From a virus (Duplodnaviria > Caudoviricetes), in the IMG/VR virus record IMGVR_UViG_3300048578_000324, positions 1 to 45,408 of that record: a stretch of DNA of 45,408 nt; one strand, given 5' to 3'. Both the position numbers and the translations under genes were made by a program. The notes beneath the pieces are model-generated. The model saw nothing but the letters and a program-made list of their open reading frames with translations, did not search any database and was not told where the DNA came from. Positions 19,235 to 28,478 of this stretch are shown piece after piece; positions within the stretch are counted from its first letter, which is position 1; each line of letters begins with the position of its first letter.

Positions 19235-20173
19235 CTAGTCGGCCCAGCCCTTGGTGTTGGAGCGGCGCAGCTTGGCGCGGGCCGCCTCGATCTTGGCGCG
19301 GTCGTTGCCGGCCTCCCGCAGGGCGGAGCGGTAGTCGGCCATGCTGGAGAACACGTCGTCGGCCGCAGCCGGGGTGGCGGGGGTGCCTCGGCCCAGCTCG
19401 CGCTTGGCGTTGACCGGACGGCCGGCCGGGAGGTTGGTCTTGCTCTGGGCGGGGGCCAGCGGGGCCTTGCCGGTGGCGCGGACGTAGCGGGCCGCAAGGG
19501 CGTCGAGGGCGTCCTGCGCATCCTGGCCGCCACGCTTGAGGGCCGCGTTGTAGCGCTTCTGGCCGGCCTTATCGTAGCCGCCCTCCCGCGCCCACTTCAG
19601 GGCCTCCTGGTAGTTGTCCTTCGAGCCGAAGCTGGCGGTGACCAACGCATCGCCCGCGTTGGCGTTGCGGGAGGAGAGAGCGGCTTCGATCTCCTTCACC
19701 GTGTCCTTCGGGAGGCCGAGGCGGTGCTGGAGGTAGGCGTAGGTGCCTTCGTTCAGCTCGCCAACCAGCTGGCCGTCTTCGCCGGGCTTGGCGTTGGCGT
19801 TCCACTCCGCCGTCAGAGCATCGCGGTCCAGCTCGCCGGCATCGTTGTAGAACCGGCTGTCGTAGGCGGACAGGACCTCGGGCTTGGCTGCGTCGAAGTC
19901 GGGCAGGGCCTCGTAGTCGGACGCCTCGGCGTCATCGTCCTGTGCCTCCTCCTTCGGCGGGTCCTCGCCTTGCTGGTCGTCATCCCCCTCGCCTTCCTTG
20001 GCAAGAGCGGCAGCCGCAGCTTCGCGTTCTTCCTCGGAGAGGCCTTCCCCGAAGTCGATATCGTTGCCGAGGTCGTCGGTGGACTCGAAGGTCGCCTCGG
20101 CGCTGCCGGAGCGGTTGGCCGGTGCGTTGGCAACCGCCTGCGCGGCGGTCGGCTTGCTGGATGCGTCACTCAC
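19235..20173 (-). CDS. Capsid scaffolding protein (gp9)
   Basis: Acidic N-terminus, FGSKDNYQEALKWA, basic C-terminus; follows the portal. Confidence 0.88.
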   Translation of the reverse strand: MSDASSKPTAAQAVANAPANRSGSAEATFESTDDLGNDIDFGEGLSEEEREAAAAALAKEGEGDDDQQGEDPPKEEAQDDDAEASDYEALPDFDAAKPEVLSAYDSRFYNDAGELDRDALTAEWNANAKPGEDGQLVGELNEGTYAYLQHRLGLPKDTVKEIEAALSSRNANAGDALVTASFGSKDNYQEALKWAREGGYDKAGQKRYNAALKRGGQDAQDALDALAARYVRATGKAPLAPAQSKTNLPAGRPVNAKRELGRGTPATPAAADDVFSSMADYRSALREAGNDRAKIEAARAKLRRSNTKGWAD

Positions 20174-21804
20174 TGGGTGCTACCCTCTTGCGGCGGCTGC
20201 TGGGGTGCCTGCGACATCTGGTCCATGAGCGCCTTCCCCATGGTCTGGATGGCGGGACCCGTCCCCTTGTCCATGAGCGTCTGCTGCATGGCTTGGTTCT
20301 TCTGGTCCTGCATATCGCGGGCGTGCTGGTCATCGCTCTTGATCAGCCCGTCAGGCTTGATGCCTTCGGAGGCCGCCACGCGGCGGGCGTAGTCGAGCGG
20401 ATTGACGATCTGGGCGGTGGCCTGGGGGCCGAACGCGGCGTTGAGGCGGGTCACCACGCGGTCGAGCGCCGAGGCTTCCGCCGAGCGGCCCATGGCGTCG
20501 AGGCCGGTCGCCACACGCACCTCCACCGAGCCGCGAGGCAGCTTGGGGAGTTTGGGGTGGGCCTCTTCGTTGAGGGCGATGAAGCGGAGGAGCTTGGGGC
20601 GGTTCACGCCGTTCGCCATGCTGGCGTAGACGCCACCCATGGCCTTATCCAGCTCCTGGCCCATGCGGACCCATTCCTCAGCGGTCACGCGCTCGGCCTG
20701 CCGCTGGATGGACGCCACCGACAGGAACGCTCGGCCTAGCCTCTGGGAGACCCGCTCGATGTTCTTGTCGACCACGTTGAGGTCGGCGCCCTTGTCGGTG
20801 CGGAGGACAGAGACATCCTCGGCCGACCCTGGGATGACCTCCAGGTTCTGCGCCTCGCGGACCTGCTTGATGCTGGTCCGGCCGGACTTCACGAACAGGA
20901 GCATGAAGCTGTTGATGGCGGCGCCGTCGTTGATCGCCGAGCTGTTCTGCTCCAGCGTGAACAGGTCGCCCTCGAACTGCTTGCAGTAGCCCCTGCCCCA
21001 GTTCTTGCCCTTGATGGGGATGAGCCAGTCGGCCTGGAGGGGCGGCGCCTCGTAGTCACACTCGAAGTCGGTGTCAGGGACAAGGTGGCCCTTGTACTCC
21101 TGCCAGCACTCCCAGTAGCGCTCGCCGTTGTCGTGGACGCACAGCTTCTGGACCGTGTAGACGGTGACGCTGCGCTCCCAGGGGTCCTTGTCGCCCAGGT
21201 CCTCGTCGTAGCGGAGGAAGAAGTCCTGGGTGGCCTCATCCTCTTCCATGACAGCGACCGTCTCCTCCACGATGATCAGGAGGGGCTGGCCGTACTTGTC
21301 ACGGATGACGATGTACTCCTCGGGCGTGTGGAAGCGCGGCTGCTCCAGCACCGTGTGGCGCCAACAGCCGTTGCCCGCGACGAGGAGAAGCTGGGCGTAC
21401 TGGACGTAGACCGACTTGAGGTCGGTGGTCTGCATCCCCTCGCGGTGGATCATCTCCAGCCGCGACAGGCCCAGCTCGGTCTTCGACCACAGCTCGGGGT
21501 CCTGTTCGATCTCCTGCTGTAGCTGATACTCGATGGGGACGAAGCGCAGGACGGGCAGGCCCGGCGGGAAGGCCATGAACATGAGCTGGGACGCGAGGGA
21601 GCCCACGAGGTAGGCCGAAAGGCCCTGGTTCTGGGACTCGACCTCGTCACCCGGCTCGTACCCGTCCGGCGGCATCACGGTGGTGATGGTCAGCTTGGAC
21701 ATGGCCCGCCCCTCATCGATCACGGCTTGGCGGGGACCGGAGGCGGCCTTGTAGACGGCCTCGGCGGGTCGGCCCAGGCTGAACGGAGGAGAGCGGAGCG
21801 CCAT
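20170..21804 (-). CDS. Portal / head-tail connector (gp8)
   Basis: LLLVAGNG, WGRGYC, RQAERVTAEE, TGLDAMGR motifs. Confidence 0.96.
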   Translation of the reverse strand: MALRSPPFSLGRPAEAVYKAASGPRQAVIDEGRAMSKLTITTVMPPDGYEPGDEVESQNQGLSAYLVGSLASQLMFMAFPPGLPVLRFVPIEYQLQQEIEQDPELWSKTELGLSRLEMIHREGMQTTDLKSVYVQYAQLLLVAGNGCWRHTVLEQPRFHTPEEYIVIRDKYGQPLLIIVEETVAVMEEDEATQDFFLRYDEDLGDKDPWERSVTVYTVQKLCVHDNGERYWECWQEYKGHLVPDTDFECDYEAPPLQADWLIPIKGKNWGRGYCKQFEGDLFTLEQNSSAINDGAAINSFMLLFVKSGRTSIKQVREAQNLEVIPGSAEDVSVLRTDKGADLNVVDKNIERVSQRLGRAFLSVASIQRQAERVTAEEWVRMGQELDKAMGGVYASMANGVNRPKLLRFIALNEEAHPKLPKLPRGSVEVRVATGLDAMGRSAEASALDRVVTRLNAAFGPQATAQIVNPLDYARRVAASEGIKPDGLIKSDDQHARDMQDQKNQAMQQTLMDKGTGPAIQTMGKALMDQMSQAPQQPPQEGSTQ

Positions 21805-21812
21805 GGCTCACC

Positions 21813-22022
21813 TCACATGTAGAGGCCAGCGCCACCCGAGGTCGCCGCACCGGAGAGGGCACGGTTGACGCGGGTCTGGGGCTTGCCGGAGGTGCCGTAG
21901 GCGGCCTGATCTTCCGCCTTGCGGGCCGAGCCGATCTCCTGCTCCTTGGCGGCAGGGTCAGGCGCGGCCGGGGCCGCAGCCGGCGTTTCAGCCTGCTGGA
22001 CCTTGGACGATCCGAAGCACAT
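21813..22022 (-). CDS. Small virion protein (gp6.7/7.3-like)
   Basis: Starts MCFGSS, Pro/Ala-rich, GGAGLYM end; directly before the portal. Confidence 0.7.
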   Translation of the reverse strand: MCFGSSKVQQAETPAAAPAAPDPAAKEQEIGSARKAEDQAAYGTSGKPQTRVNRALSGAATSGGAGLYM

Positions 22023-22042
22023 TGGTGTTGGATTGCTCCTGG

Positions 22043-22246
22043 TCACATGCCGGGAATGGTGGTTCCCGTCACGGAGTAGTTGGTGGCCCGCTGGTTGGTT
22101 GCGGGCCGCTGGTCGACCATGCCGTCTTGGGTTGTGGTCGCCGATGCCGCGTCCTTGGTGTCCGACTTCACCGCCGTGTACATGTCATCGACGCTGTACG
22201 AGGGCTTGGTGACCGGGTTGGACGGGCTCTTGGAGCCGAAGCACAT
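22043..22246 (-). CDS. Small virion protein (gp6.7-like)
   Basis: Starts MCFGSK like the T7 gp6.7 MCF N-terminus; synteny. Confidence 0.65.
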   Translation of the reverse strand: MCFGSKSPSNPVTKPSYSVDDMYTAVKSDTKDAASATTTQDGMVDQRPATNQRATNYSVTGTTIPGM

Positions 22247-22251
22247 TGGGC

Positions 22252-22449
22252 TCAGCCCTGCTCCTGCTGGATGTCGAATGCCAGACGCAGCTCCCCGATG
22301 AGGCGCACGCGGCCACCGTAGTCCATCGCTTCATCGCGGGACTGGTCGGGCTCCAGGCACTTCGGCGGGTAGCTGCTCTCCAGAAATTCGAGCAAATCTC
22401 GGGGTATCTCCGGCCAGTCTGACCGGAGAGGCGCAACACGGCGCTGCAT
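22252..22449 (-). CDS. gp6.5-like protein
   Basis: AGGAG RBS; PEIPRDLLEFLE segment and position resemble gp6.5. Confidence 0.55.
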   Translation of the reverse strand: MQRRVAPLRSDWPEIPRDLLEFLESSYPPKCLEPDQSRDEAMDYGGRVRLIGELRLAFDIQQEQG

Positions 22450-22457
22450 TGAGTCTC

Positions 22458-22592
22458 CTAGAGGGCGGTGAGCCCCGCCAGGACGGCCAGGACGATGGCC
22501 AGCTCTGCGTTCCGGGCCGGCGTCTTCGCGAAGAAGATGTTGTAGGCGGCCCAGAGGGCGAACACGACGGCGACGGACCAGAACGAGAGCAT
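22458..22592 (-). CDS. Small membrane protein (44 aa)
   Basis: Hand-translated MLSFWSVAVVFALWAAYNIFF..LAIVLAVLAGLTAL; fills the gap between neighbours. Confidence 0.6.
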   Translation of the reverse strand: MLSFWSVAVVFALWAAYNIFFAKTPARNAELAIVLAVLAGLTAL

Positions 22593-22597
22593 GGCGA

Positions 22598-22816
22598 TTA
22601 CCCCAGCAGTTCGTTGATGGATGCGGCGACCTTGCGGGCCTTGTCGGCTTCCAGGTCGGCGGCACGGGCCTCGGTGACGAGGGACTGCGCTTTGGCTTCC
22701 TTGCTGCGGGCCTCGGCGTCCTTGCGGTCGGCCAGCGCGGACAGCGCCGCGATGGTCTTGTGGAAGGCCGACATGATGCCGTCGACCGACTGATGTTTCG
22801 TAAGCGGGAGCTTCAC
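22598..22816 (-). CDS. Hypothetical coiled-coil protein
   Basis: 72 aa Ala-rich helix; TAAGGG RBS, GTG start. Confidence 0.7.
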   Translation of the reverse strand: MKLPLTKHQSVDGIMSAFHKTIAALSALADRKDAEARSKEAKAQSLVTEARAADLEADKARKVAASINELLG

Positions 22817-22829
22817 GTTACACCCTTAG

Positions 22830-23438
22830 TTACACCAGCGGAACGCCGGCTTCGTCAAGTTCCATCCGGTCGTAGTGGCCGGCGTTCTCGTGACGGCCCA
22901 CACCCGCGAGGCCAACGGCCCACTGCTGCGTGGTGCCGGCCATCTCCTTGGAGACGACCAGCTTGGCATTGGTGTCCTTGGCGGACGCCAGCTCCTTGTT
23001 GAGCTTGGCGATCTCCTGCTGGAGGTAGACGTTCTTGGCGAGCGTGTCGGCCAGCTGCCGCTCCAGCTCGTCAATGCGCTCATCCGGGTGCTTGGAGGCA
23101 CGCCACCAGTCGGGATTGCCGTCGAGGAACAGCTGCCACATCTGGAGGTACCGGGCGGCCTTGCGGAGGTCCTGACGACCGTCCTTGGCATCCCACCGGC
23201 AGATGTACTTGATGATGTTCCCCTGGAACCAGTTCAGGCCGTTCTCGGCGATGAACCGCATCGGCTCGATCTTGAAGCGGGCATAGTGGGCCGGGAGGTT
23301 CACCATGTCCTTCTTGGGGGCAGGCTTCAGGGGGCCGTGGTAAGGTGCGACGACAGTCTTCTCGCCGGACGGATGCACCCAGCCGGCCACGCCGTTGGGG
23401 GCCTTGGGGTCGAACTCCGGGCCGGGGTTCATGTTCAT
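22830..23438 (-). CDS. DUF3310 / gp1.7-like nucleotide kinase with coiled-coil tail
   Basis: DMVNLPAHY..IEP..GNIIKYICR..KDGRQDLRKAARYL. Confidence 0.85.
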   Translation of the reverse strand: MNMNPGPEFDPKAPNGVAGWVHPSGEKTVVAPYHGPLKPAPKKDMVNLPAHYARFKIEPMRFIAENGLNWFQGNIIKYICRWDAKDGRQDLRKAARYLQMWQLFLDGNPDWWRASKHPDERIDELERQLADTLAKNVYLQQEIAKLNKELASAKDTNAKLVVSKEMAGTTQQWAVGLAGVGRHENAGHYDRMELDEAGVPLV

Positions 23439-24004
23439 TCCCAGTCAAGTCCCGATCTGCGGGGCACGACCGGCACGGCGAGCCCCAGGTGATGCATGAT
23501 GGTGTAGGGGGCCTCGGCGTCCCCATCGATCACAGAGGTCAGGGTGATGCTTCCGCCGCAGATGGTGAGGAAGATGTCCCAGACCCGCCTGTCCAGCGCC
23601 CGCGCCTCATCCTCGGTCTGAGTCCGCCCGAAGGTCTGGTAGGGCTTGACCCGGCGGATGAAGACGTTGCGGTTGTCGTACTGGTCAAACCGGCTGCGGA
23701 TCGCTTGGGTGAGCCAGAAGCCATACTCTCCATGACAGTAGGCCATGCCGAGCGGCAGCGGGCTGTCGGTGATCGCCCACTCCACCTGCCCCTCCAGCCG
23801 GCGAAGCCGGTGGTCCTGCTGGGCGAAGAGGAGGAGCTGGTTGTCCCGGATGTCCCAGGCCCGCTCGTAGGTGCGATCCTTGGCGGCCTCGGTGACCAGC
23901 TCGACGCTGTAGCCGGAGGTCTTCATCAGGTTGAATAGGCCTGCGGCGGTGGTGCTCTTGCCGGAGCCGGGGCCGGCGTAGAGGTTGATGACCTTGAGTT
24001 TCAG
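23435..24004 (-). CDS. P-loop ATPase/kinase (AAA_28/NadR-like), probable CTG start
   Basis: In-frame extension upstream of the listed ORF gives KLKVINLYAGPGSGKSTT (Walker A); ELVTE..K and ITDSP motifs. Confidence 0.8.
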   Translation of the reverse strand: MKLKVINLYAGPGSGKSTTAAGLFNLMKTSGYSVELVTEAAKDRTYERAWDIRDNQLLLFAQQDHRLRRLEGQVEWAITDSPLPLGMAYCHGEYGFWLTQAIRSRFDQYDNRNVFIRRVKPYQTFGRTQTEDEARALDRRVWDIFLTICGGSITLTSVIDGDAEAPYTIMHHLGLAVPVVPRRSGLDWE

Positions 24005-24204
24005 GGGGTGACCTCCGTGCCAAGCTCGTGGGACGGAGGCTCGTAGGCGACGTCGAGGGTCTTGAAGCGGACCCGGTCCTTACGCCACCGCCGGAGCTTA
24101 TTGATGAGGGCGGTCCTGGCGCCCCTGGCCTTGTAGGTGGCCTCCAGATGCCACTCCGACCATTCCCCGGCTGGGGTCATGTTGCTGGTCCAGAGGTAAT
24201 ACAT
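24001..24204 (-). CDS. Hypothetical protein
   Basis: GAGGAG RBS; TAATG overlap with the upstream gene. Confidence 0.6.
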   Translation of the reverse strand: MYYLWTSNMTPAGEWSEWHLEATYKARGARTALINKLRRWRKDRVRFKTLDVAYEPPSHELGTEVTP

Positions 24205-24407
24205 TAGCCACTCCTCTCGTTACCAATGGCGTCAGTCCGCATGTGCCAATCCTTGGGCCAGACCACCCCGGTGGGGACCATCTGGTCGCGGTGGGCGTCC
24301 GCGAAGGCCTGCCCCGCGTTGGCGCCATACACGGCCCTGAAGGCTGCCAGCTTGGCCTCGTGCCTCCTCAGCCTTTCAGCGCCGAGGTCAATTTGTCCGC
24401 CGTCCAA
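24204..24407 (-). CDS. Hypothetical protein (TTG start)
   Basis: GGAGGT RBS before TTG; fills the gap after the exonuclease. Confidence 0.5.
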   Translation of the reverse strand: MDGGQIDLGAERLRRHEAKLAAFRAVYGANAGQAFADAHRDQMVPTGVVWPKDWHMRTDAIGNERSG

Positions 24408-25270
24408 AGTGTCACCTCCCCTGTCCTGAAGTCGTACTCCCCGGCCCGCAGAAGATGGGCCAGCCGCGCCTGCGTCAGGGCGTCCTGCTCGGTCAGGCCT
24501 TGGCGCTCGAAGTGGGACACGACGACAGCCCAGAGGTCGGCGCAGGGCTCCTCGGTCCACTTGGTGGTGGCCTGCCCTTTGTTGACCCCTGCCCGCTTGA
24601 CGTAGGGCTGGGCCACGAGGCGCCGCCAGATGCCGTCTTCCGGGTAGACGATGGAGTTGGCCTTCACGTCACCGCAGGCTGGGCAGCCGCTGTAGCCGTC
24701 GATGGCATCACCCTTCAGCGTCTGGAACATGTGCCAGCGGTCGGCCTCTTCCTGGCTGATGTCGCGGACGATCATCTTCCCCGAGGGGGTGATGTCGTTC
24801 AGCTGGTGGTGCTTGCCGGGGATGCACTTGAAGTCCTTGTCCCGGCCGACCACCACGCGCTCCACCGCCTCGTCGGGCCGGAAGTCAGGCAGGCCGGAGG
24901 TGGCCGCGAGGCTCACCGCATCGTCCGCCTCCAGGTTCTCTAAGTGCGCGGCGCCGAACTCGTCCCGCAGGTACTGCTTGAGGTGCCCAAGCAGCAGCGG
25001 GCGGGAGAGGATGTCGTAGTTGCGGGTGCCCTTGTAGTCCTCGGCGATCTGGTGCCGGAAGTTGGTTGGCGCCGAGACGAAGACGACCATGTCGTCCGCC
25101 TCCAGGCCCCGCTTCAGGCCCCAGAGCATGTTGTGGACCACCGCCTCGCCCATGGCCTTGTTGGCGAACGGCGTGAGGTAGCCGGCTTCGTCGCGCAGCT
25201 CCTGCTGGGCAGCCGCAGCGGCCTTGAAGGCGATCACGTCGCCGTCGACAATGAGGATGCGCTTGACCAT
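24368..25270 (-). CDS. 5'-3' exonuclease (gp6)
   Basis: ILIVDGD, YKGTR, LEADD, DKD, GDAIDGYSGC. Confidence 0.95.
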   Translation of the reverse strand: MVKRILIVDGDVIAFKAAAAAQQELRDEAGYLTPFANKAMGEAVVHNMLWGLKRGLEADDMVVFVSAPTNFRHQIAEDYKGTRNYDILSRPLLLGHLKQYLRDEFGAAHLENLEADDAVSLAATSGLPDFRPDEAVERVVVGRDKDFKCIPGKHHQLNDITPSGKMIVRDISQEEADRWHMFQTLKGDAIDGYSGCPACGDVKANSIVYPEDGIWRRLVAQPYVKRAGVNKGQATTKWTEEPCADLWAVVVSHFERQGLTEQDALTQARLAHLLRAGEYDFRTGEVTLWTADKLTSALKG

Positions 25271-25473
25271 CACGGGCTCCGGGTCTCCAGGGCGTGCAGC
25301 CCCGGCAGGGTCATCTTCCAGATGCGGGAGTAGGTGCCGCCGTCCGGTTCCACGACCGTGATCCAGCCGATGGAGGCGGCGAGCGCCACCGAGACCGCGT
25401 GGTCCCGCGCGAAGTTGGATGCGACGGAGATGGGCTCCCCGGCGATCTTGCGGAGGACGTGGAACACCTCCAT
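25270..25473 (-). CDS. gp5.7-like protein
   Basis: VLRKI..SNFARDHA..VALAASIGWIT..WKMT..G resembles T7 gp5.7; same position between polymerase and exonuclease. Confidence 0.8.
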   Translation of the reverse strand: MEVFHVLRKIAGEPISVASNFARDHAVSVALAASIGWITVVEPDGGTYSRIWKMTLPGLHALETRSP

Positions 25474-25520
25474 GGAGATGGGGCCGACGTAAGCCCGCCC
25501 CACTCCCGGATGTCCGACGC

Positions 25521-27701
25521 CTAGTGGGTTTCGGCCCATGAGTGTCCTGTCTTTGCCTCACCCCGGTAGGCGCCGCGCAGGCCCAGCATCTCGCCAGCTT
25601 CGCGGGCGGACTCCAGGCAGACGCGGCGGATCAGCTCGCGGTGTTCAGGCTTGTGGGTGATCTGAAGCTCGTCGTGGACCCAGAGCACCTGCTTGTAGTC
25701 GTCGCCGAGGACCAGCCCGGCTTCGCGCAGGTGACGGTGGACGAGGATCATCCAGAGCTTGCACGAGATGGCGCCGGCCGATTGCAGCAGCGTGTTGAGG
25801 GCGGCGTGGGGCTTGCGGACGAACAGCCGCCGGCCGTCCATGCCGATCAGGAAGCCGTCCCGCTCAGCCTGCTTCGTGACCGCGTCCTTGAGGAGCTTCA
25901 GGCCCTCGATCTTCTGCTCGAAGGCAAGGATGATCTGCCGAGCCTTGGCCAGCAGCGCCTTGCCCTTGTCGTCCGGCTCAACGAACTTCTCCCCGAAGCG
26001 GCGCTTCAGGTTGGCCAGCAGCATCGGCAGGCCCTTGTAGGCCAGTAGGTCGGCGATCTCCTCCGGCTTCACGTCGATCTGGAAGGTGAGCTTCCAGGCC
26101 GATCCGCCGTAGACGTAGAGGTAGGTGCAAGTCTTGGTGTCGTTGCGCGACAGCCCCGTGATCTCGGCGTGTTCCGTGTGAGGGTCACGGTCCGGATCGC
26201 AGACGCGGGCGGAAAAGACGCCCTTGTCGAAGCGCCAGAGGTAGTGGCCGAGGTCGATCAGCTCCAGGCTGGACATGTCGACGCCGGTCAGTTCCCACCC
26301 CTCATCCGCGATGAAGAGGTCGCGACACTCGTAGCCGTATCCACCCTTGATGCCGAGCACCGGATGCTTGGTGACCTTGTCGACCTGGACCTTCGGGACC
26401 TGCCCGAGGTTAGGGTCGCGGTGGGAGCCGCGATAGGTCACCGTGCCGGACGGGTCGACCTTGCCGTATATTCTGCCGTCGTCCAGGACGAGGTTGAGCC
26501 ACGCCTTGGGACCAACGGCGAGCATCCCGAGCATCTTGGTGACCTTGAAGTAGGCCGTCGCGGCCTCGGTCACCTCCTTGGGGACAACGCTCTCGGGGAT
26601 GTCCTCCAGCACGGTCTCATCGACCTTTGGGGCACCCTCCTCCGTGAACTCCTGGGGCCGCCAGCCGTAGACCTCCTGAAGGCGCTTGCCGAGGTGGTTG
26701 CGGTTGGAGGCCGAGAAGGTCACGTACTCGACGCGGGTGAACTTGGCGCCCTTCTCGTGGTGCTCCAGGGGCGGGCCGACATAAGGCTTCAGGGGCTTGC
26801 CGGTCTTCTCGGAGACGCGCGGCCGGGTGATGTCGGGGAAGTCGTGCCGCTTTACGTCAGACGTTGCGGTCCAGACGCCTTCCTTGCCGGCCGCCCACCA
26901 CTTGCCGAAGACCCCCTGGAGGATCGCTTCCAGACGAAGCTGTTCGTCCTTCAGCTCGCCGGCCAGCTTGCGGGCCTTCTCCAGGTCGAACCGGACGCCA
27001 CAGTCCTCCTGGTCGGAGATGACGGCGGCGCAGCCGTGCTCGATTTCCATGGCCAGATCGGGCACTCGGCGGGTACCCGGATCGGCGCCTTCCCAGCCAA
27101 GCCGCTTCAGACACAGGCGCCAGAGCTTCAAGCCAGCCCGGCAGTCCTGCATCATGTAGTCGGCCATCTCCTGGTTCCAGGCCTCGAAGCCGCCCTTGTA
27201 CTCGTCCTTCAGCTCGCCGAGGCGTTGGCCCCAGGCCTTCAGGGAGTGGCGCTTGACGAGGACCGGTTCCAGCTGACCCCGCGCCATCAGCTTCATGTCG
27301 GGGCCGATGAGGGCGTCAGCAGGCCAGATCAGCTTGGCGGTGACCATGGAGTCCCAGCACAGCGCCGGGTCCTTGTAGCCGTGGGGGCCGCCGAACTTGC
27401 GGAGGACCTTGTAGTCAAAACCGATGGCGTTGTGCCCACATAGGGCGGCGGCCTCGGTCAGGAAGAGGTAGCCGTCCTCCATGGTGTGCCCGGAGCCGGG
27501 CTCCTGGTCCACCCCGAAGTAGAACTCCTCGTTGGTGTGGATGTCGACTGCCCCGATGCACCACAGCGCTGTGATCTGGGGCTTCTCAGGGGTGCGGAGC
27601 TTGCCGTCCTTATTGAAGACAGCAGGCACGCGGCGCCATAGGCCGTTGCCCTCGGTGTCGAAGTAGAGGTGCCGGCCGACGCCTGAGGGTCGGTTGGTCA
27701 A
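25521..27701 (-). CDS. DNA polymerase family A (gp5)
   Basis: Exo motifs FDTE, GHNAIGFD, YMMQD; polymerase motifs DMSSLE, RNDTKTCTY, VHDE; insert at the thioredoxin-binding position. Confidence 0.97.
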   Translation of the reverse strand: MTNRPSGVGRHLYFDTEGNGLWRRVPAVFNKDGKLRTPEKPQITALWCIGAVDIHTNEEFYFGVDQEPGSGHTMEDGYLFLTEAAALCGHNAIGFDYKVLRKFGGPHGYKDPALCWDSMVTAKLIWPADALIGPDMKLMARGQLEPVLVKRHSLKAWGQRLGELKDEYKGGFEAWNQEMADYMMQDCRAGLKLWRLCLKRLGWEGADPGTRRVPDLAMEIEHGCAAVISDQEDCGVRFDLEKARKLAGELKDEQLRLEAILQGVFGKWWAAGKEGVWTATSDVKRHDFPDITRPRVSEKTGKPLKPYVGPPLEHHEKGAKFTRVEYVTFSASNRNHLGKRLQEVYGWRPQEFTEEGAPKVDETVLEDIPESVVPKEVTEAATAYFKVTKMLGMLAVGPKAWLNLVLDDGRIYGKVDPSGTVTYRGSHRDPNLGQVPKVQVDKVTKHPVLGIKGGYGYECRDLFIADEGWELTGVDMSSLELIDLGHYLWRFDKGVFSARVCDPDRDPHTEHAEITGLSRNDTKTCTYLYVYGGSAWKLTFQIDVKPEEIADLLAYKGLPMLLANLKRRFGEKFVEPDDKGKALLAKARQIILAFEQKIEGLKLLKDAVTKQAERDGFLIGMDGRRLFVRKPHAALNTLLQSAGAISCKLWMILVHRHLREAGLVLGDDYKQVLWVHDELQITHKPEHRELIRRVCLESAREAGEMLGLRGAYRGEAKTGHSWAETH

Positions 27702-27710
27702 ATAGGTGCG

Positions 27711-28478
27711 TTATCCGCAGTGCTTGAGGAGGAGACGGCAATGGGTCGGGCCTGACAGCTCGAACCCAAAGGTCTCCTTGACGTGCTTCCCGAGCCAGGG
27801 CTGCTGGTACAGCTCGACCCTCTGGGGCACGTAGCCGAAGCTCTCGGCGACGCAGAGGAGCGTGTCCACGTCCACCATGTAGTTCTCCTCCAGCTCCCGC
27901 TTCCAGTTGTCCCGGTAGCGGTACTTGAGGAGGTAGTGGACGAGGTGGTGGTGCTCCTCGATGTTGCCCCAGCGGCGCTCGAACTCCCGGAGCCTGGGCC
28001 AGTCCTCGCCCTTGGTGCGCCACTTCACGTGGGCGGCCTCCTTGCGGGCTCCTCCGAGCCAGCGCCGGTAGAGCACACGGTCGCGGATGGCGATGTAGTC
28101 GGCGCCGAGGGTGCGAGCCTCATAGAGGACGGGGCGTAGGTCGTGGTGGGGCAGCTCGTGGACAACGGAGGACAGCACCATGGCCGTCTTGGTGCCGGGC
28201 GGGGTGTCCCGCGCGGCCAGCCTTACGGACTCGATCCTCGTGGTGGCGGCCACTCCGCGTGCCGTCGCGGCGACCATCTGATCCAGCGAGGTGTCGTAGC
28301 CGATGGAGCGCAGGTTCGGCCGCAAGCGGCGAGCCTCCTCCAGCAGCAACCCGTCGCCGCACCCGTAGTCGACCACGAAGCCAACGTCCTGGGGCAGATC
28401 GGCGATAAGGGGCAGCTTCTCTTCCAGCGAGCTGGACAGGGAGGCGTTATAGGCCCCGAGGTTGGCGACGGGGGTCAT
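27711..28478 (-). CDS. Class I SAM-dependent methyltransferase
   Basis: VVDYGCGDG motif I, GYDTS, LSSVVHE. Confidence 0.85.
   Translation of the reverse strand: MTPVANLGAYNASLSSSLEEKLPLIADLPQDVGFVVDYGCGDGLLLEEARRLRPNLRSIGYDTSLDQMVAATARGVAATTRIESVRLAARDTPPGTKTAMVLSSVVHELPHHDLRPVLYEARTLGADYIAIRDRVLYRRWLGGARKEAAHVKWRTKGEDWPRLREFERRWGNIEEHHHLVHYLLKYRYRDNWKRELEENYMVDVDTLLCVAESFGYVPQRVELYQQPWLGKHVKETFGFELSGPTHCRLLLKHCG

Noticed and set aside
18656-20392. Long plus-strand ORFs (this 578-aa one, 36140-37597, 32990-34312, 5222-6439 and others)
   Set aside because: Antisense shadows of GC3-biased minus-strand genes; no recognisable motifs.
24369-24371. Second possible CTG start overlapping the exonuclease stop
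   Set aside because: An upstream in-frame TTG at 24407 with a GGAGGT RBS explains the gene.
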